From positions 5,451-69,450 of the forward strand of contig JAUSOQ010000038.1 of NCBI GenBank assembly GCA_030655755.1: a DNA stretch of 64,000 bases, written 5' to 3'. The notes under the pieces were generated by a model. It was not told the origin of the DNA. It did no database searches and saw only the letters and a list, made by a program, of their open reading frames with translations. Every line of letters starts with the position of its first letter. Within the stretch, counting starts at the first letter, position 1. This DNA is from Coriobacteriia bacterium (GTDB lineage: Bacteria; Actinomycetota; Coriobacteriia; Anaerosomatales; Anaerosomataceae). The position numbers were made by a program, and so were the translations under genes. This document shows positions 1-9,448 of this stretch, in pieces.

Positions 1-546
1 TTCGAGTGGGCGAGCACCGATCGGGGCGAGGAGCCCGACGTGGTCATGGCGTGTGCGGGCGACGTGCCCACACTCGAGACGCTCGCCGCGGTGGACCTCC
101 TCCGCCGAGAAGCCCCCGACCTCAAGATCCGCGTGGTGAACGTCGTCGATCTCATGACCCTCCAACCTGCCGAGGAACACCCTCATGGCCTCTCGGACAG
201 GGCGTTCGATGAGCTGTTCACCGCCGACAAGCCGGTTATCTTCGCGTATCACGGCTACCCATGGTTGATCCACCGCCTCACCTATCGCCGCACGAACCAC
301 CACAACATCCACGTCCGGGGCTACAAGGAAGAGGGCACCACGACCACCCCGTTCGACATGGTGGTGCGAAACGACCTCGATCGGTTCCACCTGTTCGCCG
401 ACGCGGTCGAGCGCATCCCTAAGCTCGAGCACAAGCGCGCCCACGTGACGCAGTTCGTGCGCGATAAGCTCGTCGACCACCGCGAGTACATCGAACGCTT
501 CGGCGAAGACCTGCCCGAAGTGCGCGAATGGATGTGGGAGTGGTAG
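1..546 (+). CDS. xfp: Phosphoketolase (xylulose-5-P/fructose-6-P), C-terminal part; 5' end lies outside the window
   Basis: Frame 1 is open from nt 1. Translation [26 protein letters not shown]...[38 protein letters not shown] matches the conserved XFP C-terminal region as I recall it. Confidence 0.9.
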   Translation, partial: FEWASTDRGEEPDVVMACAGDVPTLETLAAVDLLRREAPDLKIRVVNVVDLMTLQPAEEHPHGLSDRAFDELFTADKPVIFAYHGYPWLIHRLTYRRTNHHNIHVRGYKEEGTTTTPFDMVVRNDLDRFHLFADAVERIPKLEHKRAHVTQFVRDKLVDHREYIERFGEDLPEVREWMWEW

Positions 547-581
547 GCGCTTCACGCAACTGCAATGAGCGGCGAATCGTG

Positions 582-1691
582 ATGCTTGCGCCCGTGGCTA
601 CCGAGGCGGACTTCTGGGCGCACCACAACGGGCTTCGTCGGGCGGGCGCGGCGGTCAGCCTCATGGCGTTCGAGCGTACACACTACGAGGACAAGCGGCG
701 TGACGGGTGCTGGGAATCGCTCGGCAAGGTGGAGCATGGTCGCTACCTTGCCCGCATCCCGAAGTTGCTCGCTGCTGTTCCGAAAGTCCTGCGCGAGACC
801 CGGGCGGGAGACGCGCTGTACTGCTTTGGTCTCGACATGCTCGGTCTGGGGTGGGCCGTCTCCGTTCTGAGGCGCCGGACGTGTCCGCTGGTGCTTGCGA
901 CGAGGGATATCCACAGCGTCCTGGTTGGCTCCAGCGGTCGTGCGAGGTTGCTGCGCGCGCTGGAGCGATTCCTTGTCAAGAGGACCCTCCTAGTTGTGTG
1001 CACGTCGGACTACTACGTGAAGAAGTACTACCTGGAGCAACAGGGATTGAGTGACGCGCGCTACGCGATACTGGAGAACAAGCTGGATGCCGAGAAGCTG
1101 CCTTCCCGGGAGCTACCACCGCGTGAGCGCACGGACGGTGTGCTCACGATCGGGTACTTCGGCCTGCTGAGGTGCCCGACGTCGTGGGACTTCCTCAGAC
1201 GGTTGGCTGAGACGGGAGCGGGTCGGATTCGCGTGGTGGCAGCAGGACTGCCGACCGGTATCGAGGACATCGAGAGCGACGTGGCGGCAGGTCCGTACCT
1301 CGAGTACCGAGGACCCTATCTGTCTCCAGACGACTTGCCTGACCTGTACAGTCGGGTCGACCTCGTGTGGACCATCTATCCATACGGCGTCCCGAATCAG
1401 CAGTGGGCACGCACCAACCGCTACTACGTGGCAGGCTATTTTCGCAGACCGATGATCGCGCAGCGGAACACCCCCGACGGCTACGAAGTGGAACGCTCCG
1501 GCATCGGTGTGCTGATCGATCTGGACTCTCCCGACGAGGCGATCGCGGCCGTTCTCGGCATCACTGGGACTCAGCTGGGGCAGTGGGAGAACAACTACGA
1601 CGCGATCGATGTCGCTCGCTTCACGATCACGAACGACTACGAGCGCGTACTTGAAGAGATGTGTGATGCGGAGCGGGGTGTAGGTCGATGA
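582..1691 (+). CDS. Putative glycosyltransferase-like protein (GT-B/GT4-like); start uncertain (ORF opens at 528)
   Basis: 387-aa ORF with strong G/C third-position bias. Internal ATG at 582 avoids overlap with xfp. Layout resembles polysaccharide glycosyltransferases (ExoL-like), but no diagnostic motif was verified. Confidence 0.45.
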   Translation: MLAPVATEADFWAHHNGLRRAGAAVSLMAFERTHYEDKRRDGCWESLGKVEHGRYLARIPKLLAAVPKVLRETRAGDALYCFGLDMLGLGWAVSVLRRRTCPLVLATRDIHSVLVGSSGRARLLRALERFLVKRTLLVVCTSDYYVKKYYLEQQGLSDARYAILENKLDAEKLPSRELPPRERTDGVLTIGYFGLLRCPTSWDFLRRLAETGAGRIRVVAAGLPTGIEDIESDVAAGPYLEYRGPYLSPDDLPDLYSRVDLVWTIYPYGVPNQQWARTNRYYVAGYFRRPMIAQRNTPDGYEVERSGIGVLIDLDSPDEAIAAVLGITGTQLGQWENNYDAIDVARFTITNDYERVLEEMCDAERGVGR

Positions 1692-1970
1692 AGGCCTTGC
1701 TGATCGATCCGCCGTTGCGAACCCAGCGTGACACACTGCACGAGCGATCATCGGTCTGCGTACTCGAACGGCAACGTCAGGGCGCGGAGGAAGCCTCCGC
1801 TGAGTGCTGCCGTGGCGAGCACGAGGATGAACCACTGCAGCGCCTCTCCCCACGCACGGAGGCATTTTGGGGATTATCGCCGAGCGCGAGACGCCCCAAT
1901 CAGCCGTCATGCGGTCGAGCAGCTGCAGGAGCGACATCACCACTCGGTCGCCTGCCGCGTCAGCGCGCCC

Positions 1971-2624
1971 CTACTCGTACCCCTCGATGAACAGGTTGCA
2001 GTCGTCGAACATCGCGTCGAAGCCCCAGCCGAAGCTGTAGAAGCGCACCGTGTCGATGCGCGCCAGCTTGGGATCGAGCTCCATCAGGTTATCCGATGTG
2101 TACTCGGTCCACTGGTTGTCGGGGATCTGCTGGAAGTTCGGATCGAGCCCCGACGTCGGAGTCATGCACATGCCGTGGTACCACTCGGTCGCCTGGCCGT
2201 TCGCGTCGGTGTAGAAAACGCGCACCTGGGCCCCGCCCTCGGGGAACCACCGCGCGTTGCCGCCGCCGATGTTGCCGCCGTCCTCGTAGTTCACGTAGCC
2301 GAGGTAGGTGACCCGCAGGTCGCTCACGCCGGTGACGTCCATGGCGATGGCCTGGTCCACGCCCGCGCCGCCGCCGCCCGACGTACGCGCGATGTGCAGC
2401 ACGTCGCCGCCGCGCGCCTGCCAGGCGGTCGTCTCGATGGTGTTGTTGCCGGGAGAACCGGCGGGCTTCTGGTCGTAGACGGTCCAGCCGCTGAGACCGT
2501 CCTCGAAACCGTGCCTTTCCGAACTTGAGAAGTCGGCTGTTAGGCAGTATGGTTCCGAAAGAAAGGTAGGGCACCCAATTGGGTGCCCTACCTGCTGTTT
2601 CTTGGCTCGTCGGGGACGAAACAA
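1971..2624 (-). CDS. Hypothetical protein with jelly-roll/carbohydrate-binding-like sequence; N-terminus doubtful, possibly a 5'-truncated remnant
   Basis: 217-aa ORF with good codon bias. The only upstream start is a TTG at 2624, and the 5' end runs through a perfect hairpin terminator (2564-2593). There is no in-frame ATG/GTG until about codon 75 and no signal peptide. Confidence 0.4.
   Translation of the reverse strand: MFRPRRAKKQQVGHPIGCPTFLSEPYCLTADFSSSERHGFEDGLSGWTVYDQKPAGSPGNNTIETTAWQARGGDVLHIARTSGGGGAGVDQAIAMDVTGVSDLRVTYLGYVNYEDGGNIGGGNARWFPEGGAQVRVFYTDANGQATEWYHGMCMTPTSGLDPNFQQIPDNQWTEYTSDNLMELDPKLARIDTVRFYSFGWGFDAMFDDCNLFIEGYE
2564..2593 (-). terminator. Intrinsic terminator: perfect 30-nt palindrome followed by TTTCTTT on the minus strand
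   Basis: AGGTAGGGCACCC-AATT-GGGTGCCCTACCT (13-bp stem, 4-nt loop), then TTTCTTTCGG reading leftward. Coordinates were checked against the ORF 1971..2624 frame. Confidence 0.6.
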
Positions 2625-2639
2625 GAGGCAGCACGCCGC

Positions 2640-2678
<39 letters not shown>

Positions 2679-2955
2679 ACCGTTCCCACGTGCTGTGGGA
2701 TTGTCAGGTTGCCATCCTCGTCATGCCGATGCAACCTGCGCGTGACCGTGGCCGCGTCCCGGGTATACGCGCTCCCCCCGTGCGTGCCGATATATGTAAG
2801 TGTCATCTGATTCGCCATCCATTCGAAAGTCGGCAAGGTTTTCGCAAGAGAAGGGATAGGCGAGCGTAGTACGTTCGCGCTAAGGACGCCACGATGCTTT
2901 ACCGATATACTATTAAGTTGATTTAAGTCGCACTTCGGCTGATGGAAGGCGTGGA

Positions 2956-4125
2956 ATGGAACGGCTCTCGACACGGCACCTCTCAACTGGTGCCATCGCG
3001 ATCACCATCGTTGCGACGCTGCTCTTCAGCGGCTCAGCGGTCGCTGAGCCTGCTCCTCCTACGACCGACCCTATCGCCGAGGTCACCGTAGATGCGGAGA
3101 CTGCCGAGTTCCGGGCGGAACTCGAGGCTAAGCGTGCCGAACTCGACGCCTTCCAAGCACAGCTCGAAGCGCTCGACCGCGAGCTGAGCATCGCGACCGA
3201 AGCCTACAATGCCTCGGTGTTCGAACTCGAGACCACACGTCAGATACTGACCGCGACCAAGCTTGAGCTCGACAATGCCGAGATCGCCTTCGGGGTCCAG
3301 TCGGAACAACTGTCGGACCGCACACGCGAGATCTACCGCAACGGGGAGCTCAACTCCTTAGATGTCTTGCTCGGCTCTAAGTCGGTGACGGACCTCGTCG
3401 CCCGTATCCGGTTCCTCCACACACTCGGCGAGACCGATGCCGATATCGCCGAGACGCTCCGCCAGCAGCGGGACGGGGTTGCCGCTAAAGCGACCGACCT
3501 CGAGAGTGCACAGCTGTATGCCGAGTCGCTGGAGTTCACGCTGAAGGCGCGTCGCATCGAGATCATGCTGCGCATTCAAGAACGGCAGGAAATGCTTGCA
3601 CAGGCACAGTCCGAACTCCTCGACCTACTGGACGCAGAAGCAGGACGACGCCAACAGGAAGAGGCGGCGCTCATGCGAGCGATCCTCTCGGGCGCCAACG
3701 ATGCCGGCATCGTCGTCGAGCCCGGCTCACCGATCGAGACCGCCCTCGGCTATCACGGCATCCCGTATGTCTGGGGCGGAGCATCCACCTCAGGTTTCGA
3801 CTGCTCGGGTCTCATCATGTACGTCTTCGCTCAGCACGGCATGGATCTGCCGCACTACTCAGGTGCGCAGTTCCAACTCGGCGAGAAGATAGCGCCAGCA
3901 GCGCTGCAGCCAGGAGACGTCGTGTTCTTCGGCTCCCCGGTGCATCACGTCGGCATCTATGTGGGCGGCGGCTACTTCGTCCACGCTCCGAGCACCGGCG
4001 ACTTCATCAAGCTCAGCAAGCTGGCCGAGCGCTCGGACTACGCGGGAGCCCGCCGCTATGACTGGAAGCCGCGCACCGGCTCGATCGTCGGAGCGGTCGT
4101 CGATCCCGCCAGCCTGATCAACTAG
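2956..4125 (+). CDS. Secreted coiled-coil NlpC/P60 peptidoglycan endopeptidase (RipA-like architecture)
   Basis: N-terminal signal/TM region, a long Ala/Glu/Leu coiled coil, and a C-terminal YVWGGASTSGFDCSGLIMYVF...HHVGIYVGGGYFVHAP NlpC/P60 Cys-His core. Confidence 0.9.
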   Translation: MERLSTRHLSTGAIAITIVATLLFSGSAVAEPAPPTTDPIAEVTVDAETAEFRAELEAKRAELDAFQAQLEALDRELSIATEAYNASVFELETTRQILTATKLELDNAEIAFGVQSEQLSDRTREIYRNGELNSLDVLLGSKSVTDLVARIRFLHTLGETDADIAETLRQQRDGVAAKATDLESAQLYAESLEFTLKARRIEIMLRIQERQEMLAQAQSELLDLLDAEAGRRQQEEAALMRAILSGANDAGIVVEPGSPIETALGYHGIPYVWGGASTSGFDCSGLIMYVFAQHGMDLPHYSGAQFQLGEKIAPAALQPGDVVFFGSPVHHVGIYVGGGYFVHAPSTGDFIKLSKLAERSDYAGARRYDWKPRTGSIVGAVVDPASLIN

Positions 4126-4216
4126 CCGCTCGCTGCGCTTCCCCATGGCAGTCTGCTATCGTCACTACGTTGGCTTCGTGCCAACGACGCAAGAGGATCC
4201 CGACCGAGGACACATC

Positions 4217-5659
4217 ATGAAAGAACTCATTGCAAACGCACTGGAAGCCTCTCTCGCTGCCGGTGCGACCTATGCCGACGCGAGGGTCGTCCACACGACC
4301 GAGGAGCACCTGTCGGCACGTAATGGCCTCGTGGACGGCATCAGCACCTCGGAGTCGATCGGCATCGGCGTTCGTGTCGTCGCCGCCGGTGCATGGGGCT
4401 TTGCGGCAACCTCCGAGCTTGGTCACGATGCCATCGCAGAAACGGCACGTCTGGCAGTGGCGATCGCCAAAGCCTCTGCCCTCACCCTCCGCACCCCGGT
4501 CCATCTGTCGGCACTACAAGCCTATGTCGACCGGTGGGAGGGTCCTTGCGGAATCGACCCGTTCGGCGTGAGTTTTGAAGACAAGCTCGCAGTCCTTCTC
4601 GCCGCGGACGAGGCCCTTCGCGCCGAGGCTGCCGTCAAGATCGCCAAGGGAAGCCTCGACTTTATCCGCGTCGACAAGGCTTTCGGCTCCACATCCGGCA
4701 GCTACATCGAACAGCGCTACACAGAATCAGCTGCCGGCATCACCGCGTATGCGATCGCGGACGGAGAGGTGCTGCCGCGCAGCTACCCCAACTCGCACGG
4801 TGGACAGGCGGTCCAGGGTGGGTGGGAAGCCATCCTCGCACTCGATCTGCCCGGCAACGCCCCCCGCGTGGCCGAGCAGGCCGCAGCGCTCGTCAGCGCC
4901 GCTCCCTGCCCCCCTACCACAACGACGCTCATCATCGACAGCAGCCAGATCGCACTGCAGGTCCACGAGTCGATCGGCCACCCCACAGAACTCGACCGCG
5001 TCCTCGGCGATGAGGCGGCCTTCGCGGGCACATCGTTCCTCACCCTCGAAGACCTCGGCACGCTGCGCTACGGCTCCGAGCACGTCACGATCACCAGCGA
5101 TGCCACGATACCGGGGTCTCTCGGCAGTTTTGGCTATGACGACGAAGGCGTCCCCGCCCAGCGTGACTTCATCGTGACCGAAGGCCTCTTCACCGGCTTC
5201 CAGTCCTCACGCGAATCCGCGCCTGCAATAGGCCGCGAGAGCAACGGTTGCATGCGCGCCGACGGTTGGAACCGCATACCGCTGGTACGCATGACCACGC
5301 TTTCGCTCGAACCCGGCGGTTGGTCGCTCCCTGACCTCATCGCTGACACAGACGATGGCATCTATCTCGAGACGAACAACTCGTGGTCGATCGACGACCG
5401 TCGCCTCAACTTCCAGTTCGCCTGTGAGATCGGCTGGGAGATCAAGAACGGCGAGCTCGGCCGCATGATCAAGAACCCCAACTACACCGGCATCACACCG
5501 CAGTTCTGGAACTCATGTGACGCCGTGTGCTCGCGTGATCATTGGCAAGTGTGGGGCATTCCCAACTGCGGTAAGGGCGAGCCTATGCAAGTCGCTCACG
5601 TCGCGCACGGAGCCGCACCGGCACGATTCCGCGACGTCCAAGTAGGGGTGGGACGATGA
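4217..5659 (+). CDS. tldD: TldD-family metallopeptidase
   Basis: ATG at 4217 is preceded by GAGGA. HESIGHPTELD (HExxxH) motif and TldD/PmbA-type C-terminus (CGKGEPMQVAHVAHGAAPARF). Confidence 0.9.
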   Translation: MKELIANALEASLAAGATYADARVVHTTEEHLSARNGLVDGISTSESIGIGVRVVAAGAWGFAATSELGHDAIAETARLAVAIAKASALTLRTPVHLSALQAYVDRWEGPCGIDPFGVSFEDKLAVLLAADEALRAEAAVKIAKGSLDFIRVDKAFGSTSGSYIEQRYTESAAGITAYAIADGEVLPRSYPNSHGGQAVQGGWEAILALDLPGNAPRVAEQAAALVSAAPCPPTTTTLIIDSSQIALQVHESIGHPTELDRVLGDEAAFAGTSFLTLEDLGTLRYGSEHVTITSDATIPGSLGSFGYDDEGVPAQRDFIVTEGLFTGFQSSRESAPAIGRESNGCMRADGWNRIPLVRMTTLSLEPGGWSLPDLIADTDDGIYLETNNSWSIDDRRLNFQFACEIGWEIKNGELGRMIKNPNYTGITPQFWNSCDAVCSRDHWQVWGIPNCGKGEPMQVAHVAHGAAPARFRDVQVGVGR

Positions 5660-6999
5660 CTCTGTCCGCCGAGCAGGCCCGCGAACTCGCACGGCGCACT
5701 GTTTCTCTGACACAAGCCGACGCCGCCGAGGCCCTCGTCTCGAGCGAAGACGGCGCCCTCACCCGCTTCGCCGACAACCGCATACACCAGAACGTCGCCG
5801 AAAACGACACGAGTGTCTCGGTGCGCGCGGTCATCGGGAAGTGCACGGGAGTCGCGTCCACCAATCGCCTCGATGATGGATCGCTCGCAGCGTGTTGCGA
5901 GCGCGCCGTAGCCGCCGCCCGCATGGCGCCCGAGGACCCCGACTTCCCGGGCCTCCCCGCTCCGGTGGCCGTCACGACGCCCGACCGCGTGCATCCGTCG
6001 GTCAGCGCGTTTAACGCCGAGGCTCGCGCCCATGCTGCCGCCGCGATCATCGAACAGTCGGCCGAGCGTGGACTCACTGCCGCAGGCACCGTCAGCGCCA
6101 CCGAATACACCGTCGCGGTCGCCAACTCCGAGGGTGTGGACGTGGGCATGAGCGTCACCACCGTTCGCTCCACGGTGCTCTCCATGAGCCCCAAGGGCGG
6201 CTCCGGTTGGGCCTCACACCTCTCGGGCACCGCGGATGACTTCGCACCCGAAGCGCTCGGTGATGAAGCGGTGCTGCTCGCCATGCGCTCCGAGGGTGCG
6301 ATCGCGCTCGACCCGGGCGTCTACACCGTCGTACTCGCACCGGAGGCAGTCTCAGACATCCTCGACTTCCTCGGCTATCTTGGCTTCGGCGCGAAATCGT
6401 ATGCCGAGAAAAGCTCGTTCCTCTCGGGGAATATCGGCGAGCAGCTGCTGTCCCCTTTCATCTCCATCACCGATGACGCAACGTGTGACGAAACGCTTGG
6501 CCTCACCTTCGACTTCGAGGGTATGCCCAAGCTGAGAACGCCTCTCGTGGAGGCAGGGGTCGCATGCGAACCGGTCACGGACTCGTACTGGGCGTCGAAG
6601 TTGGGGATGCGCAACAGCGGCCACGCGCTGCCCGCGCCGAACTCCTACGGCCCGATGACGATGAACCTTCAGATCGCGGCAGGTGACGCCCGTATCGAGG
6701 ACATGATCGGTGCCGTCAAGCACGGCGTGTATGTCACGCGCTTCCACTATGTCAACGTCGAGGACCCCATTCGTGCCGTCCTCACCGGGATGACCCGCGA
6801 CGGCACCTTCATGATCGAGAACGGCCGGCTCGCCATGCCCGTCAAGAACCTGCGCTTCACGCAAAGCGCGGTCGAAGCACTGAACGCGGTCGAAGCGGTG
6901 ACCAGGAAGCGAGTGCTCATCGGGCCCGATGAGGGCGGAGCGAACCTCGCACCCGCACTGCTGCTTTCGAAGTGGGAGTTCACCGGCCAGACACGTTGA
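5656..6999 (+). CDS. pmbA: PmbA/TldE-family protein (TldD partner)
   Basis: ATGA start/stop overlap with tldD. TldD/PmbA-family sequence without the HExxxH motif, as expected for the PmbA partner. Confidence 0.85.
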   Translation: MTLSAEQARELARRTVSLTQADAAEALVSSEDGALTRFADNRIHQNVAENDTSVSVRAVIGKCTGVASTNRLDDGSLAACCERAVAAARMAPEDPDFPGLPAPVAVTTPDRVHPSVSAFNAEARAHAAAAIIEQSAERGLTAAGTVSATEYTVAVANSEGVDVGMSVTTVRSTVLSMSPKGGSGWASHLSGTADDFAPEALGDEAVLLAMRSEGAIALDPGVYTVVLAPEAVSDILDFLGYLGFGAKSYAEKSSFLSGNIGEQLLSPFISITDDATCDETLGLTFDFEGMPKLRTPLVEAGVACEPVTDSYWASKLGMRNSGHALPAPNSYGPMTMNLQIAAGDARIEDMIGAVKHGVYVTRFHYVNVEDPIRAVLTGMTRDGTFMIENGRLAMPVKNLRFTQSAVEALNAVEAVTRKRVLIGPDEGGANLAPALLLSKWEFTGQTR

Positions 7000-7192
7000 T
7001 CACACCAACGGCAGACATACGAGAACCCCAGCACTCTTATCGCGCCGGGGCTCTCATGCTTGCTCCCCGGTTCCGCGGCGGGAGGGGCGCCCACCGCGAA
7101 GCCGCATCGCATGTCAGGTCTGAGTTTTATCAGCCCCGACATGTCAGTTATCGGTTCCCCGGCTGCCAGACTTTAGGGGTTGAGACGCACGA

Positions 7193-7834
7193 TCAGCGCT
7201 CGCCGGCGGCTTCTTGAGCGGCGATGATGTCCTTCACCTTCATGAGCCGCGTCAGATTGCCACGCTCGGCCTCGTCGAGCTTCATCTGAATGTCTTTGAC
7301 GGTCTCATGGATAGACGGGATGAGCACGTACTCCAGCGCATTGACGCGTCGGCGCGTGCGCTCGATCTCGGCGGCCAGGAGCTCGATCGCCTTCTCGCGC
7401 TCGGCCAGCTCGAGCATGCGGGGAGCGACTGCCGCCAGGCGCGCGAGTGCTTCGTCGAGCACGACCGGCAGTGTCGAGAAGCTGTAGCCGCCAGGCTCGG
7501 CGAGCTCAAGCTGCTCGAAGATCGGCACGTGCACGCTCATGACGCTCTTCTCGCTCGTGTCCAGCAGCTCGATCGGAGCTCCCGCGAGCAGCGCCTGCGT
7601 GATCGCGGCGCGGCCTGCCTCAGCACGCGCCACCGCGAACAACCCATAGGCCGCTTTGAGCTCAGCCTCGACCTCAGCACGCAGCTTGCGGTTCGCCGAG
7701 ATGCGCGCGATGAACTCCTTGAGAAGCTCATCGAACTTGTCCTTGAGAAGCTTGTGTCCACGCTTCGCCACGTCACCGCGACGCTTCAGCTTCAGTAGCT
7801 CCATGCGGTTGGGGTTCACGCACATCTTCGCCAT
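7193..7834 (-). CDS. atpD: V/A-type ATP synthase subunit D
   Basis: N-terminus NPNRMELLKLKRRGDVAKRGHKLLKDKFDELLKEF is typical of subunit D. It is the last gene of the ATPase operon. Confidence 0.93.
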   Translation of the reverse strand: MAKMCVNPNRMELLKLKRRGDVAKRGHKLLKDKFDELLKEFIARISANRKLRAEVEAELKAAYGLFAVARAEAGRAAITQALLAGAPIELLDTSEKSVMSVHVPIFEQLELAEPGGYSFSTLPVVLDEALARLAAVAPRMLELAEREKAIELLAAEIERTRRRVNALEYVLIPSIHETVKDIQMKLDEAERGNLTRLMKVKDIIAAQEAAGER

Positions 7835-7838
7835 GCCA

Positions 7839-8033
7839 TCAGCCTCCCAGTCGCACGAGGAGCAGCCATACGATCAGCACGGCGACCGCTACCGCATTCA
7901 CGATGCGGAGCGCGATCACGCCGCGACTCGACTTCCCGCCAAGCTTGCGGGCGGCCTGCGCGCTCAGCAGCTGCACGACCACCAGCACGGCAAGCAGCGC
8001 GAAGATAAGTATTATCAGGGCCGTGTTGGTCAC
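7839..8033 (-). CDS. Small two-TM membrane protein (64 aa) inserted between atpB and atpD
   Basis: GTG start overlaps the atpB stop (GTGA). The stop lies 4 nt before the atpD ATG, and its last codons supply the GGGAGG Shine-Dalgarno for atpD. Two hydrophobic helices and G/C-rich third positions. Confidence 0.55.
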   Translation of the reverse strand: MTNTALIILIFALLAVLVVVQLLSAQAARKLGGKSSRGVIALRIVNAVAVAVLIVWLLLVRLGG

Positions 8034-9448
8034 GCGTCCGCGCCCTCCTCGGCGATCATGTACTTATCGATGAACGCGTCTTTGATGCGCTTCAGCTCAC
8101 CGCGCGGCAGCAGAGCCATGAGCTCCCAGCCGAGCGCAAGCGTGTCGCCCACCGAGCGGTCCTCGCCACTTCCCTGGCGAATGAAGCGGTCCTCGAACGC
8201 ATCGGCGAAGGCGACGAACGCCTTGTCGCTGTCCGAAAGGGCTGCCTCACCGAGGATGACGGCGAGCTCTTTGGCCTGCAGGCCGCGTGCATACGCGCCG
8301 AACAGCTGGTTGGAGAGGTCGGCGTGGTCCTCACGCGTCTTGCCTGGGCCGATGCCCTTCTGCTTGAGACGCGACAGGCTCGGCAGTACCGCGACCGGCG
8401 GATAGATACCGCGACGGTGAAGGTTGCGGTCGAGCACGATCTGGCCTTCGGTGATGTAGCCGGTGAGGTCCGGGATGGGGTGCGTCTTGTCGTCGTCAGG
8501 CATCGACAGGATCGGTACCTGCGTGATGGAGCCCTTGCGGCCCTTGATACGGCCGGCGCGTTCGTAGATGGTGGCAAGGTCGGTGTAGAGGTAGCCGGGA
8601 TAGCCGCGGCGTCCCGGGACTTCCTTGCGCGCGGCCGAGACCTCGCGCAGCGCCTCACAGTAATACGTCATGTCGGTGAGGATGACGAGCACGTGCATGT
8701 CCTTCTCGTACGCCAGGTACTCGGCAGCGGTGAGCGCCATACGCGGAGTCGCGATACGCTCGACGGCCGGGTCGTCTGCGAGGTTGAGGAACAGCACCGC
8801 ACGCTCGATAGCCGAAGTGTTACGGAACTCGTCGATGAAGAAGTCCGCATCTTCGAACGTGATGCCCATTGCGGCGAACACGACCGCGAACTCGCCCTCG
8901 ATAGGCTCACCGATCTCGTCGGCTGCCTTCCCGCGCTGGAGCACCGCGCTCTGGCGCGCGATCTGCGCGGCAAGCTGGTTGTGTGGCAGACCGCTGCCCG
9001 AGAAGATCGGGAGTTTCTGACCACGCACGAGCGGGTTGAGGCCGTCGATGGCCGAGACGCCCGTCTGGATGAAGTCGTCCGGGAAGTCGCGCGCTGTGGG
9101 GTTGATCGGCTGGCCGTAGATCGACATACGCTTCTCGGGAATGATCTCGGGGCCGCCATCCCGCGGACGGCCGAGACCGTCAAAGACCCGGCCGAGCATA
9201 TCCTTGCTCACGCCTAGCTCAAGCGAACGGCCGAGGAACTTCACTTTGGTCTCGGATGGGTTGGAACCGCGCGTGCCCTCGAACGCCTGCACAAGCGCGA
9301 CATCCGCGTTCACTTCGAGCACGTTGCCCAGGGAGCGGGTACCGTTGGGGAACTCCAACTCGACGAGTTCTCCGTAGGTCACGTCCACGACGTTCTCGAC
9401 GAGCAGCAACGGCCCAACGATGTCGCGGGTGGTCATGTACTCGCGCAT
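8030..9448 (-). CDS. atpB: V/A-type ATP synthase subunit B
   Basis: 472 aa, canonical non-catalytic B-subunit sequence (GPLLLVENV..., [17 protein letters not shown]...). TAATG junction with atpA. Confidence 0.95.
   Translation of the reverse strand: MREYMTTRDIVGPLLLVENVVDVTYGELVELEFPNGTRSLGNVLEVNADVALVQAFEGTRGSNPSETKVKFLGRSLELGVSKDMLGRVFDGLGRPRDGGPEIIPEKRMSIYGQPINPTARDFPDDFIQTGVSAIDGLNPLVRGQKLPIFSGSGLPHNQLAAQIARQSAVLQRGKAADEIGEPIEGEFAVVFAAMGITFEDADFFIDEFRNTSAIERAVLFLNLADDPAVERIATPRMALTAAEYLAYEKDMHVLVILTDMTYYCEALREVSAARKEVPGRRGYPGYLYTDLATIYERAGRIKGRKGSITQVPILSMPDDDKTHPIPDLTGYITEGQIVLDRNLHRRGIYPPVAVLPSLSRLKQKGIGPGKTREDHADLSNQLFGAYARGLQAKELAVILGEAALSDSDKAFVAFADAFEDRFIRQGSGEDRSVGDTLALGWELMALLPRGELKRIKDAFIDKYMIAEEGADA

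Noticed and set aside
1113-1943. 276-aa minus-strand ORF, and a TM-like frame at about 1790-1900 (WGEALQWFILVLATAALSGGFLRAL...)
   Set aside because: The long ORF mostly overlaps the glycosyltransferase-like gene in antisense. The TM-like frame has no ATG/GTG/TTG start after its upstream stop.
7040-7190. Duplicated CATGTCAG words and short hairpins between pmbA and atpD
   Set aside because: These are short, imperfect matches with no U-tract or extended symmetry. They are compatible with chance.
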